A stretch of 64,000 bases of DNA from an uncultured Bacteroidales bacterium (GTDB lineage: Bacteria > Bacteroidota > Bacteroidia > Bacteroidales > UBA3824), in NCBI GenBank assembly GCA_905234655.1, contig CAJOJG010000002.1:12089-76088 (forward strand), written 5' to 3'. The position numbers were made by a program, and so were the translations under genes. Below the pieces are notes generated by a model. The model was not told where the DNA came from, did not search any database, and was given only the letters and a program-made list of their open reading frames with translations. Shown piece by piece: positions 63,066-64,000 of this stretch (the first letter of the stretch is position 1; each line of letters begins with the position of its first letter).

Positions 63066-63187
63066 AAGTTGTTAATACTCTGTCCGCTTGAAATATGCAG
63101 AATTTTTTGCACATTCGATAATTATTTCTAATTTTGCGAAACGGCTGTTTCCGAAATGGCTGTTTCGCAACTTTATGATATTATGCT

Positions 63188-64000
63188 ATGAAATTTTTTG
63201 ACAGGGAAACCGAAACCGCACTTTTGCGGGAGATTGACGAAAAATCACATCACACTGCGCAGTTCACCGTCATCACTGGCAGACGGCGCATTGGGAAGAC
63301 TTCGCTCGTGCTCAAAGCATACGATGGCATCGAATTTCTGTATTTTTTTGTGTCGAAAAAGGCGGAGGCGGAACTCTGCGACGACTTTAAAAACGAAATA
63401 GAGCGCAAACTCGGTTTGAAAATTGTTGGCAGGATTGTCAAGTTTCACGAACTTTTTGAGTATCTTGTCGAACTGTCAAAAACACGGCATTTGATAATTT
63501 TCATCGACGAGTTTCAGGAATTTTTGAGGGTAAATCCGAGCGTATATAGCGATATGCAGAGGATTTGGGATGTCAATAAGGACGGTGCAAAGCTCAACCT
63601 GATTGTTTGTGGCTCGGTCAATTCGTTGATAAACAAGATTTTTTGCGACAACAAAGAACCTCTTTACGCACGTCAGACCACATTCATGAAAATAAATCCG
63701 TTCAGGACTTCGGTTTTGAAGGATATTCTTGCCGAGTATTGCGGGGAGTACGACATGGAAGATTTGTTGGCGTTGTACACTTTCACGGGCGGCGTGCCTA
63801 AATATGTCGAGTTGTTGATTGACAATCAGGCGTTTGCCAAAGACACGATGATTGATTACATCTTGCGTCCCGAGTCGGTGTTTCTTTCGGAAGGCAAGAA
63901 TCTTTTGATTGAAGAGTTTGGCAGGGATTATGGAATTTATTTTACGGTGCTTTCCAAAATTGCTTGCGGCGTAAATTCGCGCACCGAAATCGAGACAGAA
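63188..64000 (+). CDS. AAA-type ATP-binding protein (archaeal-ATPase/DUF234-like), 3' end outside the window
   Basis: Own translation from ATG 63188: MKFFDRETETALLREIDEKSHHTAQFTVITGRRRIGKTSLVLKAY...LIIFIDEFQEF... (Walker A and B). The frame is open to the window end, so it is absent from the ORF track. Confidence 0.8.
   Translation, partial: MKFFDRETETALLREIDEKSHHTAQFTVITGRRRIGKTSLVLKAYDGIEFLYFFVSKKAEAELCDDFKNEIERKLGLKIVGRIVKFHELFEYLVELSKTRHLIIFIDEFQEFLRVNPSVYSDMQRIWDVNKDGAKLNLIVCGSVNSLINKIFCDNKEPLYARQTTFMKINPFRTSVLKDILAEYCGEYDMEDLLALYTFTGGVPKYVELLIDNQAFAKDTMIDYILRPESVFLSEGKNLLIEEFGRDYGIYFTVLSKIACGVNSRTEIETE

Noticed and set aside
1-64000. Mobile elements, integrases, transposases, prophage genes or known multi-gene defence systems
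   Set aside because: I found no ORF with recognisable transposase (DDE), tyrosine or serine recombinase, phage structural, restriction-modification or Cas motifs. The only conflict-system-like pieces are the MNT/HEPN remnant and the domain-level oddities listed in the findings.

Overview
The window looks like a Bacteroidota (Bacteroidales-type) chromosomal segment. The evidence is a SusC/SusD pair, many lipoproteins with a ...SC/GC lipobox, TTTG-N20-TAnnTTTG promoter boxes, and Bacteroidota-typical DUF families. All calls rest on reading the ORF translations and the DNA by eye; no database search was run.

Most of the window is housekeeping:
- proS, recA, obg, clpX, uvrA, mnmE, lpxK, mltG and sppA
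- a purine nucleoside phosphorylase and mqnD
- two FKBP isomerases
- three tandem tRNA-Val(TAC) genes
- a scattered branched-chain amino-acid set: two divergent ilvB-ilvN pairs, ilvD and ilvC

No transposase, integrase, CRISPR array or rRNA was seen. The only accessory-looking patch is a nucleotidyltransferase plus truncated HEPN remnant beside the tRNA array.

Items worth a second look:
1. An orphan 1482-aa P-loop STAND-like ATPase fused to more than 1000 aa of TPR repeats, with no output domain.
2. Locus-specific short tandem repeats that start directly after stop codons. Several are homopurine on the sense strand.
3. Three tandem 17-nt GCGAAGC-type mini-hairpin repeats in the ilvB-1 leader.
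4. A secreted caspase-fold protein with both catalytic residues replaced, tightly coupled to a small membrane protein and followed by a patatin/Omp85-like gene.
5. A DUF3127 protein with an SSB-like disordered tail ending in DDLPF.
6. An SsnA-like amidohydrolase that has lost most metal ligands, next to a DUF4301 gene with a long structured leader.
7. An overlapping four-gene envelope operon (secreted protein, FG-GAP-like lipoprotein, YARHG-DUF3160, CapA).
8. A monocistronic Gly/Ser/Gln low-complexity protein.

I could not identify one clearly delimited novel multi-gene system. The candidates above are ranked by interest score in the findings.
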